The notes under the pieces are model-generated. The model ran no database searches. It saw nothing but the letters and a program-made list of their open reading frames with translations, and had not been told where the DNA came from. Positions 53,500 to 64,000 of a DNA stretch of 64,000 nt are shown piece after piece. The number at the start of each line of letters is the position of its first letter. Position 1 is the stretch's first letter. Origin of the DNA: Trichinella spiralis (taxonomy: Eukaryota); contig NW_003526941.1 in assembly GCF_000181795.1 (NCBI RefSeq), positions 5,002,035-5,066,034 of the forward strand. Reading direction: 5' to 3'. The translations under genes and the position numbers were made by a program.

Positions 53500-54645
53500 A
53501 TGCCTCTCACCGCTGGAGACTGTTGCAAAATGTGCTGTTCGTTGATCATTCCGGTAAGCAATCGATTCATCCCATTCATTATAATATAATTTTCAATATT
53601 ATTCACATGATAAGCTAAAATATTCTATCGTAATGATTTGATTTTCTACATACCTGAATTAATTTTTCTCGTCAATTTTGACCAAACTATAAATAAAATT
53701 TTAAACTTTTATAAGTGAAAAAAAATTCCCTTTAAAATTACCACTGGTTACTGTAATAATCATTGACAATGGAAAAATAGAAAAGAACAAAAATGAACTG
53801 TTATTTTCTTTTGTTTTTTGTGTTCTGATTTCAATTTACATAAATTTACATAAATTTATTTAATTTTTAAATTTTATTCGTTTATATATAAATGTGAATA
53901 ATTGTTTGCACAAAAGTTGAAAGTGGTGAAATGTTTCAATGGGCGTCATTTTTCAAAAATTCTCGTCCATGGCCAGTTTTATTGACGATTCGATTTGTAA
54001 ATTGCAATGCCGAAAGCAAACAAATGGCGGTCATACTTTTCGTCTGTAGCGAAAATGTTCAATATTGAATATTTTACAATATTGACAATTGTCCATCTGG
54101 ATGGAAAATTTATTGCAGTTTGTTTGTTGTTCGTTGGCATAAATTTACAACAAACCGGTTGGTTTGTGATTTTTTCTGAGGGTAGTTTGAAAAATTATTA
54201 TTAAAATTAATTTTCGTTTTTTTTCCTCTTGTAATTAACGAACGGTTGATTTGGAAATAAGAATATTATGCAAATTTCTGTTCGAATCTTTTCCATCCCA
54301 ATTTCTTTCTTCTTGTACGAACAGGTTGACAATTCGCAAAACCGGTTTGATAGATTTTGCGACAACTTTTACCGTCGTTTGTACAAACAAGGCCAATAAT
54401 CTTTATTTTTGGGGGAAAAAAAATTTTATAATCGTAAAATTCCATTTGAAACTTCTAATATGCCAACAGTATTTATTTTGTCTTGTAAAAGAACATGAAA
54501 TTATTTCTCCCATATTTTATTTCAGCCAATTGGAGTTTTCATGGAGGTGGGATGTACGGCACAGTTGGCTATCAACATCCTGCTTACACTTCTCGGCTAC
54601 ATTCCCGGTTTAATTCACGCCTGTTACATAATATGCAAATATTGA
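53500..54645 (+). CDS. PMP3/UPF0057 small membrane proteolipid, exons 53500-53553 and 54526-54645 (copy B)
   Basis: Same 57-aa spliced product as 14704-15870. Confidence 0.92.
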
Positions 54646-55122
54646 ACGTTGCTGTACAGCGATTAACTGCCCGCAAAATATTATGACCCTTTCCACAGTT
54701 GATTCTCATCTCAGCGCGTACGTGCATATCCATTATCATATTGTTTCTTTCTTGTTTCGTTTGCTTTATTGGAAATATCCATCTACTACTTCTCCTCTTT
54801 CCTGTTCAGCTAATTAATTAATCATGGCTTTTGCTGTTGATTTGCATGACTTTTGCGTTGCTAAATAAGAATGCCGTTCAAATTATTATTATTATTTCCA
54901 ATTGACAAATTCAGATGAATTTTTCTTTTTTTTATTATTACTTATTCTGATCATAACAAATGAAAGTACTGTATTGACTTTGTTTCAATGAATAATTGAT
55001 CTGTATTATATATTTCACAATTGTGCAGATTAATTAAAAATAGACAAAACAACAACAACAAAAGTTGCATACTGTACGTACGTAAATGTATGTATTGTTT
55101 GTGAAATATGAATTGCATGCTT

Positions 55123-56552
55123 TCAGTGCATGTCCATGAAAGTGATTTCGGTGTAGAGGAGAATTTTCGACGGCAACGGTGTCGGCTGCGGTGACAGTAC
55201 CGTGAACAGCTTCTTCTCCATCGACACTTCGCTAACCCATATGAAACCGGCAACGTTGGTGTTCAGGATGTCGTCGTCGGCAGTTTCGCAAAAGCTGACC
55301 GCCAGTATATGGTTGAGAAGCTCGTTGGACGGAGTGACGGGAACAATTTTCAAGCTCGTATCTTCGGCTTTCATGCCCAACGGCATGCAAGAGTCGGGCA
55401 ACATTGGGGCGCCAATTTTGAATATCAGCACGTCGGCAAAGTTCACGTCGAAAGTGTGCGGATAGTAGGGTTGCTGACTGGACCCGTAAAAGTATTCGTG
55501 AATTCGAGCCCTTCTAGAGGCGATGCGCATTTCACGACTTCGCTCTTCCACACCGCCGGATTTCGGTTGGTGAATTACTTTCACGCACGGGGCCAAATCT
55601 CGCCTCATTTCGTTGTACAATCGTTCGTGATCCAACACAACCACCACGTCGACCTTGAACAAATAACCATTTATAAATCAATAAACAAACAAACAAACAA
55701 AGTCGTACATCCAAAGCTTCAACCGCCTTGACCAGGCAAGTATAGCCGGCGCCTTTTACCCAACCGCTGGTGTTGATCACAAAGCCGCTAGTGTTGGCCG
55801 ATCGGTTTTCCGCGCAACGTTGATTCAACACTTTCGCCAACTGTTCCACCAACGTGTTGTACAAGCTGATGTTGGCACCGGGCGAAAGGTGACCATAAGA
55901 AAAGACAATGGGCATTCGCTTGTCGAAGCCTTCAATTGGATCGGCGGATTTTTCAACGTAAAGCGCGCTCAACGTGCCCGGAACTGATATTTGGCCCTGG
56001 CCGACATCCATGTCGACGAACGTTGGCGTGCGTCCCATTCGAACCGCATAATTCAACAAAATTCGACAATACGTACTTTTGCCAACGTCGGTGGGACCTC
56101 AAAATTGATCAAAAATGAACAACACATAAATCCTAAAACATCACACCCACCTACGACCATAATTCTCGGACCACGAATATTCTTGCGGTCTGCGTTTTGA
56201 CGCATGTAATCAATAGCGGCGTGGGTATTCAAATATACAACCATAGGTGTATGCGTGGCCACGTACAAACCCTCGGCTGGACCCGTAACGTGCAACGTGC
56301 AACCATGCCACGTGTATACGCCCACTCGAAGGCCCGAATCACACTGGTAAGGTTTGTTTCGCATCAATTCAGAACCAAATATCTCGGCTATGCCGTCGAT
56401 CAATTCCAACGTCACGACACCTTTAGACGCTTCAAATCTATCGTTTTAACGTTTTTAACATTCATCTTTTAAATAGAAATTCAAACATACCTCAATTCTT
56501 CATCTTCCTTCAGCTTGAAAACTTGAAGTGATGATGTTGTATTATCTGACAT
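55123..56552 (-). CDS. CLP1: Clp1 RNA 5'-kinase / cleavage factor II subunit (copy B)
   Basis: Same motifs as copy A ([10 protein letters not shown]-loop, DVGQG, NTSGW); ATG 56552 with a TTTCAG acceptor 17 nt upstream. Confidence 0.95.
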
Positions 56553-56741
56553 TTGCAAAACTTGTGAATCTGAAATTGAAAAATCCCAACAATTTTTTCT
56601 AAAAAAAACACATGTATAAACCTTCAGAAAAAAATTGAAATAATATATCAGAGTTAGTAGAATCCCACATGGAATATCAGAACAATGATTTGTACGAAAG
56701 ATATTATTTTACTTCTCTGAAATGAACGAATAGGAAACAAA

Positions 56742-58646
56742 TCAATCACTGTCGAAATCACCAGGATCCGGTGGCAACAGTGGACGCTGATTTGGCATTA
56801 CCGAACAACTTGAAGCATCAGGTGGAAGCAACTGGTACACGTGACAGTTGTGAGCATGCTTGTCAAACGCTTCCATCGGATCCAAAATGGCCAGATCATC
56901 GACATGGTCGGCCAAACTCAATGCCGAAAATGAAACTGCTTTCGACGAGCTGATCAACTTTTCCCCACCGGTCTCAGTTCCATCGTCGACGGAATTGAAG
57001 CCGCCGGTATTGGAATTGGTCGAGCAAAATTCAATTGCCGAACGCAGCTCACCAACCAGTGGACAATTGGACAACTGCAACAACGCTGGACAGGGATAAT
57101 CTTGCCGATGGAGACGAACCGCCAACAAGTCGAGTTGGTCAATCAAACAACACTGGATCCACGGCGAGCAGCACAAGAACGGCGGCACCAAGCTGGTGGG
57201 CGTGTAGCTGAAGCGTGCGCACAAATAAAGCGCCCGGTTGGTTTCACGGTCGCTGACCGCTCGTTGGACAACGGCAGTGAAGCCCAGCGGCGCAATTTCT
57301 GCCCAAGGACGAACACCACAACCAGATGACGTGGACTGGATCATTCCTTTGGATAAAACGAGCAAAAATGTATCCGCTCTTTGCAAGCAATCGACCATCC
57401 AATCCACGGCACTGACTGACGAATCCTGCAACGCCCACTCGTCGACCATCACTTCACAATTCAGAACTTCGTTCAGGAGGCGAGCAAGCGCCATGACGCA
57501 ACGGCAGTGCGCTTCATCGTCGTGGGAGTAAATTAGCAGCACCTTGGGTCGGCAGCGTACCGGCAACGGCACCACTGGTTCGCGCTGTTCCATTTGGGCT
57601 CTTCTTCTCAGCCTTCGATCGCGTTTCACTATCACATACTGGCTCCATGCCAACGAGATTATCAACAACGACAACGTACAACAAAGAAACGCCAGCGACA
57701 AAAAGCCAGCCTTTCTAGCGGACTGCTGTTCACTGTCGTCGTAATCTCTGTCCAAGAAAAAAGGCACCGCCTGGCTAGGGCACCGGCCCAGTGGTTCGCA
57801 GTTGTCGTGCAGTACGTGGAATTCGACCGTATACTCGCCGGCATTCAAACCGACAAAGCTGACTTCACTGGACCAGTTGACCACTTGTTGGGTATTTTTC
57901 AAAACGTAAACCGAATCCACACGTTGCCAAAGGTCAATTCGACCGTGGACGGTCATTTTGGGCGAGCTGGTGCGCACCAGAAGCCGGTCGAGGTGGTTCA
58001 AGTCGATCAAAATGAACGGCAACCAATCGCCGGCGTCGCTTTCCAATCGAAAAGCGTCCGGACTGTAAGCCAAATACCGCAGCATGCAAGCCTGAGTATG
58101 CACGGACACGTTCACCTCGATCACCGACATGTCCGGCAGTGGGAAACAATCCAAGCCGGCCGAAAGAAATCCCGAAACTTGGGACATGTTCCATTCGAGC
58201 ATTCGACAAGTCCGCAGATGGGCGGTTCGATTGCAGAATGCATTTTTCACGCCGACCACTTGCAAACAACGGAACCGACTGACCGCAGCCCCATGACAGC
58301 CGGTTGCCAAGTGCAAACTAACATTCAGTTTCACAAACGGAGCGTAGATGTTCTGTTCAACCACATAAGCTTGCAATTCCACGCGCACATCGTCCTCTTC
58401 AACGTCGCATGTTCTCAACTGCACACCGCCGCTATCATTGGAAGTTGGAGCGAAACTTGCCCAACGATTTTCACAAGAAGATGTGTTGCGATAAAATAGG
58501 CAAGTCGCGTCCTGGTTGTCGATGAAATTGCAAGAATATCCACAAAAATCACCACAACTTCTATACCAGCAGAACACAACCAAAATAACAAACACCAACT
58601 GATTCAGCATCCATCTCGCAAAGTGTGTTCGACCAACATGCCTCAT
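56742..58646 (-). CDS. Type I membrane receptor with SEFIR domain (IL-17 receptor/Sef-like), single coding exon, 634 aa
   Basis: Signal-like LVFVILVVFCW, Cys-rich ectodomain with FN3-like GLNAGEYTVEF, TM FLSLAFLCCTLSLLIISLAW, SEFIR box RPKVLLIYSHDDEAH..V..LA..L....CEV.VDEW and WM....ADTFLLVLSKG. Confidence 0.88.
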   Translation of the reverse strand: MRHVGRTHFARWMLNQLVFVILVVFCWYRSCGDFCGYSCNFIDNQDATCLFYRNTSSCENRWASFAPTSNDSGGVQLRTCDVEEDDVRVELQAYVVEQNIYAPFVKLNVSLHLATGCHGAAVSRFRCLQVVGVKNAFCNRTAHLRTCRMLEWNMSQVSGFLSAGLDCFPLPDMSVIEVNVSVHTQACMLRYLAYSPDAFRLESDAGDWLPFILIDLNHLDRLLVRTSSPKMTVHGRIDLWQRVDSVYVLKNTQQVVNWSSEVSFVGLNAGEYTVEFHVLHDNCEPLGRCPSQAVPFFLDRDYDDSEQQSARKAGFLSLAFLCCTLSLLIISLAWSQYVIVKRDRRLRRRAQMEQREPVVPLPVRCRPKVLLIYSHDDEAHCRCVMALARLLNEVLNCEVMVDEWALQDSSVSAVDWMVDCLQRADTFLLVLSKGMIQSTSSGCGVRPWAEIAPLGFTAVVQRAVSDRETNRALYLCARFSYTPTSLVPPFLCCSPWIQCCLIDQLDLLAVRLHRQDYPCPALLQLSNCPLVGELRSAIEFCSTNSNTGGFNSVDDGTETGGEKLISSSKAVSFSALSLADHVDDLAILDPMEAFDKHAHNCHVYQLLPPDASSCSVMPNQRPLLPPDPGDFDSD

Positions 58647-61305
58647 AATTTATCACTCTACCAAAATAACCAACTTTTGCAGAGTCATTCGTTGAAATGA
58701 CTTCCGTTTATTCCCTAAAAGAAAAGAAATAAAAGAAAAACTTCAATTTCACATATTCTTTTTTCTCCCCTTCAAAAGCAAGAATCTATTTAATTAACCT
58801 GAAAAAAATGAATATGCCATCTTTGTAGCCATTTCTTTTTCTCTTCGCCATTCACCACATCATTTCTTGGTTCTACTTCCGGCTGTACTAGGCTGTGATT
58901 AAGAAAAAGAAGGAAAAAAACGACATGCAACTTGCTACAAGCTGTTCAATTCAATCTCTTTTCATTACTTCAAACAGTACTGTTGTAAACAAAACATTTT
59001 TGCACATTTTGCAGCAATACATATGAAAGACGATCAACACCAACAATAAAAACGTCCATTTGCCAAATGTGACAGCTCAGCTACCTTATTTCACCACTAT
59101 TTGCACTGAAATTCAATGAAAAATAGCAACATTAAACAAACGCATTGCGTTTTCAATCGCGTAATACACAAAATGCAAATATAATATATTATTTATCACT
59201 TTATTATTTAATAATAATTAAAAACGTACTGAAAAAATAACTGCGCATTTTGCAAAAGAAATATATTATGCAAGTTTCGTAATTTTGTACCTGTAAAAGT
59301 CATGCAAACAGAAGATGACGCTTCTGTTTGTCAAATGAAACGACAAATGTCGAAAATTGTTAAACGATGCAAATATTAATAACGCTTTCTGAGTAAATAT
59401 AAAACTTGACAAAATAAACTTTTCAATACGCCGGTTTTGTATTCTGAATGCATTACAGTAACAAAAATGCAAGTTTAATCAAAAGAATAGAATCAAAATT
59501 TCAAATTTATTCTAAGATTGTGAATGCATAAATCAAAAATCAATATTTCATCGATTAAAATATTCAACTCGGAATGTGAGCACCAACTTCCGCACAACAT
59601 GCATAACTTTACAAAACGGAATCATTTGCAATGAAGCAAAATGCAAAATAAAATTTTAAAAAGGTTTAAAAGAGATTTAAAAGTTATCGAGTACATCGTA
59701 AGAGATGTGTAATGTGCAACTGCAGTTCAATACTTTGCAGTAGAGAAAGAAATTATTTCGAAAAATGCTACAAGTTACAGTTACAGTAGATTCATTTTTA
59801 AGCAAATACAGTATACCACTTACGCAATGCATTTAATTTTAATTATTAAAAAATTATATTGCAAAAAAATAATTTTATTTTGAAAATACAAATTTAAACA
59901 GTGAAGAATTTGACGTTAATGATGAAGAATATGAATTTGTAAGTGAAATTTTTGTTTTTTGATTTATATTTGTCCATTTGCTCGTTATTCATTATTGATA
60001 TTCCACGAAAAGAGCAATTCGCTTCATGTTTTTGACATTTTTTCTTCCTGCTACGTGTTGACAGCTTCGACTGCATTCAATTTATTGCTCAACAGTTTAT
60101 TCTTAGGTCAGGTTGCATGAAGTTGATTTGTCTTTTTTGACACAATCATGTCAGAAGGTCAATTGTTACGTCAGCATTGTGTTGTGCAATAGAAATGTAG
60201 AAAAAAAAATTTTCAGCCTTTATTTTTTGCCACTCTTTTCATTGTAGTTCAAACTGAAATGATGAATACTTAATTAAGGGAAAAAAAGATTTAAAAGAAT
60301 TGCATTTGTTGCAATTGAATTTTCATTTAAATATTGTTCTGCGCTGTGGTATTTATGTTGCAAGTGTGTTGTGGTTGCTTTATGCAATTTGCGCTAGTTG
60401 TGTTGAAATTTTTCTCAAACTGATATTAGTCTTTTTTCTTGAATCACGTAGTGAAATGCAAATTTAACTTTTGCAAATGAAATAGAACAATTGCCAAAAA
60501 ATTGAATAATGACGTAATTTGCAATGTGACTTACTTCCATCTAACTGCGATTGTGTCTGTTCGGTTATGTCCTACTGTAGGTGGTGGAAATTTTGTCCGT
60601 GTTAAGATGAGAAAAAGATTTTTCAGCTAGCACAACAGGTCAGCGGAGTGCGCGTTCTAGAAACATACTAATTTGAAAGCATTCACAAAATCAGGCGGCC
60701 CATTTTCAACCGACTCTGATATGCATGCGAAGAAGCGACAAATAAATATGCTTAAACGTAACAATTTTTATTCGTTCATATTGTGACGTCGTGATTGAAG
60801 TCCAAGTTACACGCCCATGCAAGAAGAAAGAATTGTTGATATCGATTGCAAAGGACCAGCCTTGGCAAATGGGGATGAAAAAAGAATAAATTATACCGCT
60901 AATATTATCTATCAGTTAGAAGGGGATAAGAATTGAATTTGTTTTCCAAAATAAATGGGAAAGTTTCACGAAACAGTTTCAGAAACTTTTCAATTGGATC
61001 GACCAGATAAATAAGATGAATGGCATATGATGGGAAAGTTGAAATGAATACATTTTCGGGGCGGGATAACTTTGTTGTTGTTGTTTGCTGATTGTTTTCC
61101 TGTTCACGACGACACAGTGCAATAGTGATGAATTGACCGCAGATGACACTGGGATATTGTCAGTGCATTGCGTTCAATGGTGCCAAAAATTGTTAAAAAG
61201 CGACAACGAAATAAGTACGTACAAATTGAAAGAGAAAAAATGCAGTAGTTGATGATTTGGCGGGTTAGGATTGACCAGTTGGCAAAATCAGACTGGAAAA
61301 GACGC

Positions 61306-62235
61306 TCAGCGTCGAGTTCCGTCGGAGAAGAACACACCGCCGTCGAGGGCACAGTATTTGGGACAGATGCCCTTCTCTCCAGCCGGACCTGGAGGACCAG
61401 CGGGACCCTGCGGGCCGGGCAATCCTTCTTCACCTTGTGGGCCGGTTGCGCCAGGTGGACCTTGGGGACCTTTTTCTCCTGGTTCACCATCCTTGCCCGG
61501 TTCGCCTGGTGGACCTTGGACACCTTGCGGACCTGGATCGCCTGCTTCTCCTTGTTCGCCGATGATTGGTTCTGGCGCGATTGCTGGTGAGCCTGGATCA
61601 CCGGGAGCTCCGTCTGGTCCTGGCAAACCTGGTGGGCCGGGTGGACCCTGTGGACCGGGTGGTCCTGGCATCGCATCTTTGCCTTGTTTTCCACTGTTGC
61701 CTGGTTCGCCCGGATCGCCAGGTGGTCCAGGTGGACCTTGGGGTCCGGGTGGTCCTGGTGGGCAGGGTTTGCACGGAGGTGGGATGACTGGCTCGCAAGG
61801 CGCTTGAGCGGGCGAACCGGGCATGCCAGGCATGCCTGGAGCACCAGGCTTTCCAGGTTTGCCGGGACGGCCAGCCGGACCCGGAGGACCGGGCAGTCCA
61901 GGAATGCAGCAGTCATCGCAAGAACTTTCCGTCTCTTTCGTCTCATCGGTGACCGGTATTCCAGCTCCACTTCCAGACAAAGCACCGTATGCGTCGACTT
62001 GTCTTCGGGTTCGGTTCATTTTGGGGAAATTTTTCAAAAAGTTCACCTCGGAGAAAATGTCCTTAGTGGAACCTTTGCAAAACTTCAACTCGTGCGACAT
62101 TTGCACCCGGACGTGCTGGACATAGTTGTAAGCCATTGGCAAACTGATGCACACGGCCAGCACCGCGGTAACGCTGAACGCCACCGAAGAATAAGCGACG
62201 AACTTGTAAGCTTTGAGCCGAATATCCGATTCCAT
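61306..62235 (-). CDS. Nematode cuticle collagen (col-1/sqt-3-type cysteine pattern), intronless
   Basis: [23 protein letters not shown]-terminal cuticle collagen domain, RTRR convertase site, CDDCC, Gly-X-Y blocks interrupted by [13 protein letters not shown]-terminal [13 protein letters not shown]. First ATG is at 62235 (the ORF track starts at a GTG). Confidence 0.97.
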   Translation of the reverse strand: MESDIRLKAYKFVAYSSVAFSVTAVLAVCISLPMAYNYVQHVRVQMSHELKFCKGSTKDIFSEVNFLKNFPKMNRTRRQVDAYGALSGSGAGIPVTDETKETESSCDDCCIPGLPGPPGPAGRPGKPGKPGAPGMPGMPGSPAQAPCEPVIPPPCKPCPPGPPGPQGPPGPPGDPGEPGNSGKQGKDAMPGPPGPQGPPGPPGLPGPDGAPGDPGSPAIAPEPIIGEQGEAGDPGPQGVQGPPGEPGKDGEPGEKGPQGPPGATGPQGEEGLPGPQGPAGPPGPAGEKGICPKYCALDGGVFFSDGTRR

Positions 62236-62352
62236 TTTAATGTGGGAAATTTTCTTTTCGAACACCACAGCAGACAGTGTACTTTACGCTGGAGTGGAAG
62301 TTGCTGGACGATCTGAACAGATCGAATGATTGCTTGAAATTTGTTCTCCGAT

Positions 62353-62469
62353 TTTTATATGTAAGCTCCACTTTCCAGTGACCCAAATTTTGCCCATTGT
62401 GGGTCGATTTAATCAAGTTGCGCAAGCGTGCTGCCAGGTCAGTATCGTTTATCAAACGCCAATGGGTCA
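62353..62469 (-). promoter_or_regulatory. Collagen proximal promoter: TATA box, RORE-like, C/EBP-like and GATA sites
   Basis: TATAAAA (minus, 62353-62359), AATTTGGGTCA (minus, 62379-62389), TTGCGCAA 62418-62425, AGGTCA 62436-62441, TTATCA 62449-62454, ATGGGTCA 62462-62469. Confidence 0.55.
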
Positions 62470-64000
62470 ACGTTGTGTTAAATTTTCCCAACCACACTAG
62501 GCAACCAACTTCTCTGTCCCTGGTGGGTAAGATTGCTGGCACATGAATCAAATTAACGCTGAACTCGATGCTAACTGGGCTGCTGTTTTTCAGAACTAAA
62601 TTGCCGCCCAACCGTGCCCTGTCACTTCCCACAAGTCCATACACGCATACATGCGCATACATGAAATGCATGCATGCATTTTTTTTGAAATATATACATT
62701 TACTTAAATATGATAATTTTTCATTTATTATTTTGACATTTTTATTTACACAAATATACAGTATTTTTCTATTCATTCACTGTATTGTTACAAGAATAAT
62801 TATTTTACAACAAGTATGAAATTTATTTTAATGCAAGAATAATATTAGTTGTTGTCACTAGTTGTGGAATTCAAAAAATGTCCACAAATGTCCCTATACC
62901 GTAAATGTTGAGATTTCATGAAAAATTGCATCTGTCTTACACCTGTAACATTAATGGCACTTGTTTTTTAATTTGAATTTGAAAATATTTGCGTTTCATT
63001 CCCATTTGTGCAGTTGCAATTTTATGCATACATATATGTTTATCTATATACTCTGCTGTATATGTATTTATGTGTGTATAATTTGAAAAATAAATTTTTA
63101 TAACAAAATATTTTCTAAATTTGCACATTGATTCCAACAGTACAATTTCATGATGTATATATGTTTATTTTTCAACCTTTGTTCACTAACCGTATTTGCA
63201 ATTAGATTTGATGAAATTGCATTTTATTTCATAATCTATTAGTTGAATGATGAAAATAATTCTAATGAATCAGTGTGATTTCATCCAAATAAATTCATTT
63301 AAAATCGTCGGTACAGTAAATTAAAAAACACCTCAGCACTGATATGAAAAAACCTGCTTTTCATTAATGAATTGTAATGGAAATTTTTGAAATGTTTGTC
63401 TGCACGAGCCGATGAGATTCAGTGGCGCTTTAAAATAGTTCATATGAATGTTGTCAGTTGCAATTTATCAATAACTCAAAATTATTTCTTAATTTTTAAA
63501 CATATTCTTGTTCTGCCACATATAATGTCGAAAAACAAGAGCAGAAAACAAAAATTTTTGTAAAAAGCGACATTCCATTTTCCCTTCGTGGAACTTGAAA
63601 AATTATGCCAAAATGACAAAAATAAGTTTCTTTTTCCAGATCACGACCTAAAAGTTGGTTTTTTTTTCTAACCTTTACTTATGCTGTGGTCAGCATGTGG
63701 ACATTTCCTCTTAATGAAAAAAGAGCAATTCCTCATTTGCTGCTGTTAGCCTCTTTTTTACTCGGGCCAGGGACATTGAATTTCCAAAATGGATCTCATT
63801 TCAAATCCTCATCGCTTTGACAAAGCAAACAAAAAAACACCATTTTAAAGTTTTAAACTGCTTTTCTCACGGTCTCTCTCTCTCTATCGCTATTTTCAGC
63901 CGACCTTGGTCTCTGCGTCTCTTTTGTTCAGCATCAATGCGGCACTGTTCAAAAATAATAGCAAATGAAATAAATTGGCAATAATTCTACTAAATATATA

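Larger units (their letters stand above)
39215..57264 (+). repeat. Copy B of ~18 kb near-identical direct duplication
   Basis: Gap-free, continuous with unique flanks on both sides; matches ~315-18496. Confidence 0.97.

Noticed and set aside
57594..58499. 301-aa antisense ORF over the SEFIR gene
   Set aside because: Shadow ORF from the GC-rich coding strand; no domain signal.
61306..62235. Functional link between the tRNA-Pro cluster and the Pro-rich collagen
   Set aside because: More than 30 kb apart with several unrelated genes between; tRNAs act in trans and both gene types are numerous in nematodes.
61104..62316. Long alternative-frame and antisense ORFs over the collagen
   Set aside because: Gly-Pro codon repeats lack stops in other frames; typical collagen artefact.

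Overview
AT-rich eukaryotic draft-assembly sequence with short GT-AG introns and five N-gaps. The cuticle collagen and TTTCAG acceptors indicate a nematode; clade I / Trichinella-like is an inference. Non-redundant gene order: smg-9 (-), SRFBP1/BUD22 (+), a three-gene tRNA-Pro cluster, an ELT-2/GATA456-type GATA factor (+), an unknown low-complexity nuclear protein with tandem SIM-like motifs (-), a secreted catalytically dead trypsin-fold protein (-), SCHIP1 (+), a secreted Thr-rich orphan (-), a two-exon 57-aa PMP3/UPF0057 protein missed by the ORF track (+), Clp1 (-), an intronless SEFIR/IL-17-receptor-like gene (-) and a cuticle collagen (-). About 18 kb (~315-18496) recurs nearly identically at ~39215-57264, and a 2.46 kb block (24737-27192) recurs at 27203-29663. 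Both duplications break at N-gaps and most likely represent uncollapsed haplotypes. Best leads: a pre-miRNA-like hairpin in an SRFBP1 intron, a candidate SEFIR-receptor/Clp1 operon, two secreted orphans, a structured smg-9 3'UTR and a RORE/GATA/C-EBP/TATA collagen promoter. No clearly novel multi-gene system could be established from sequence alone.
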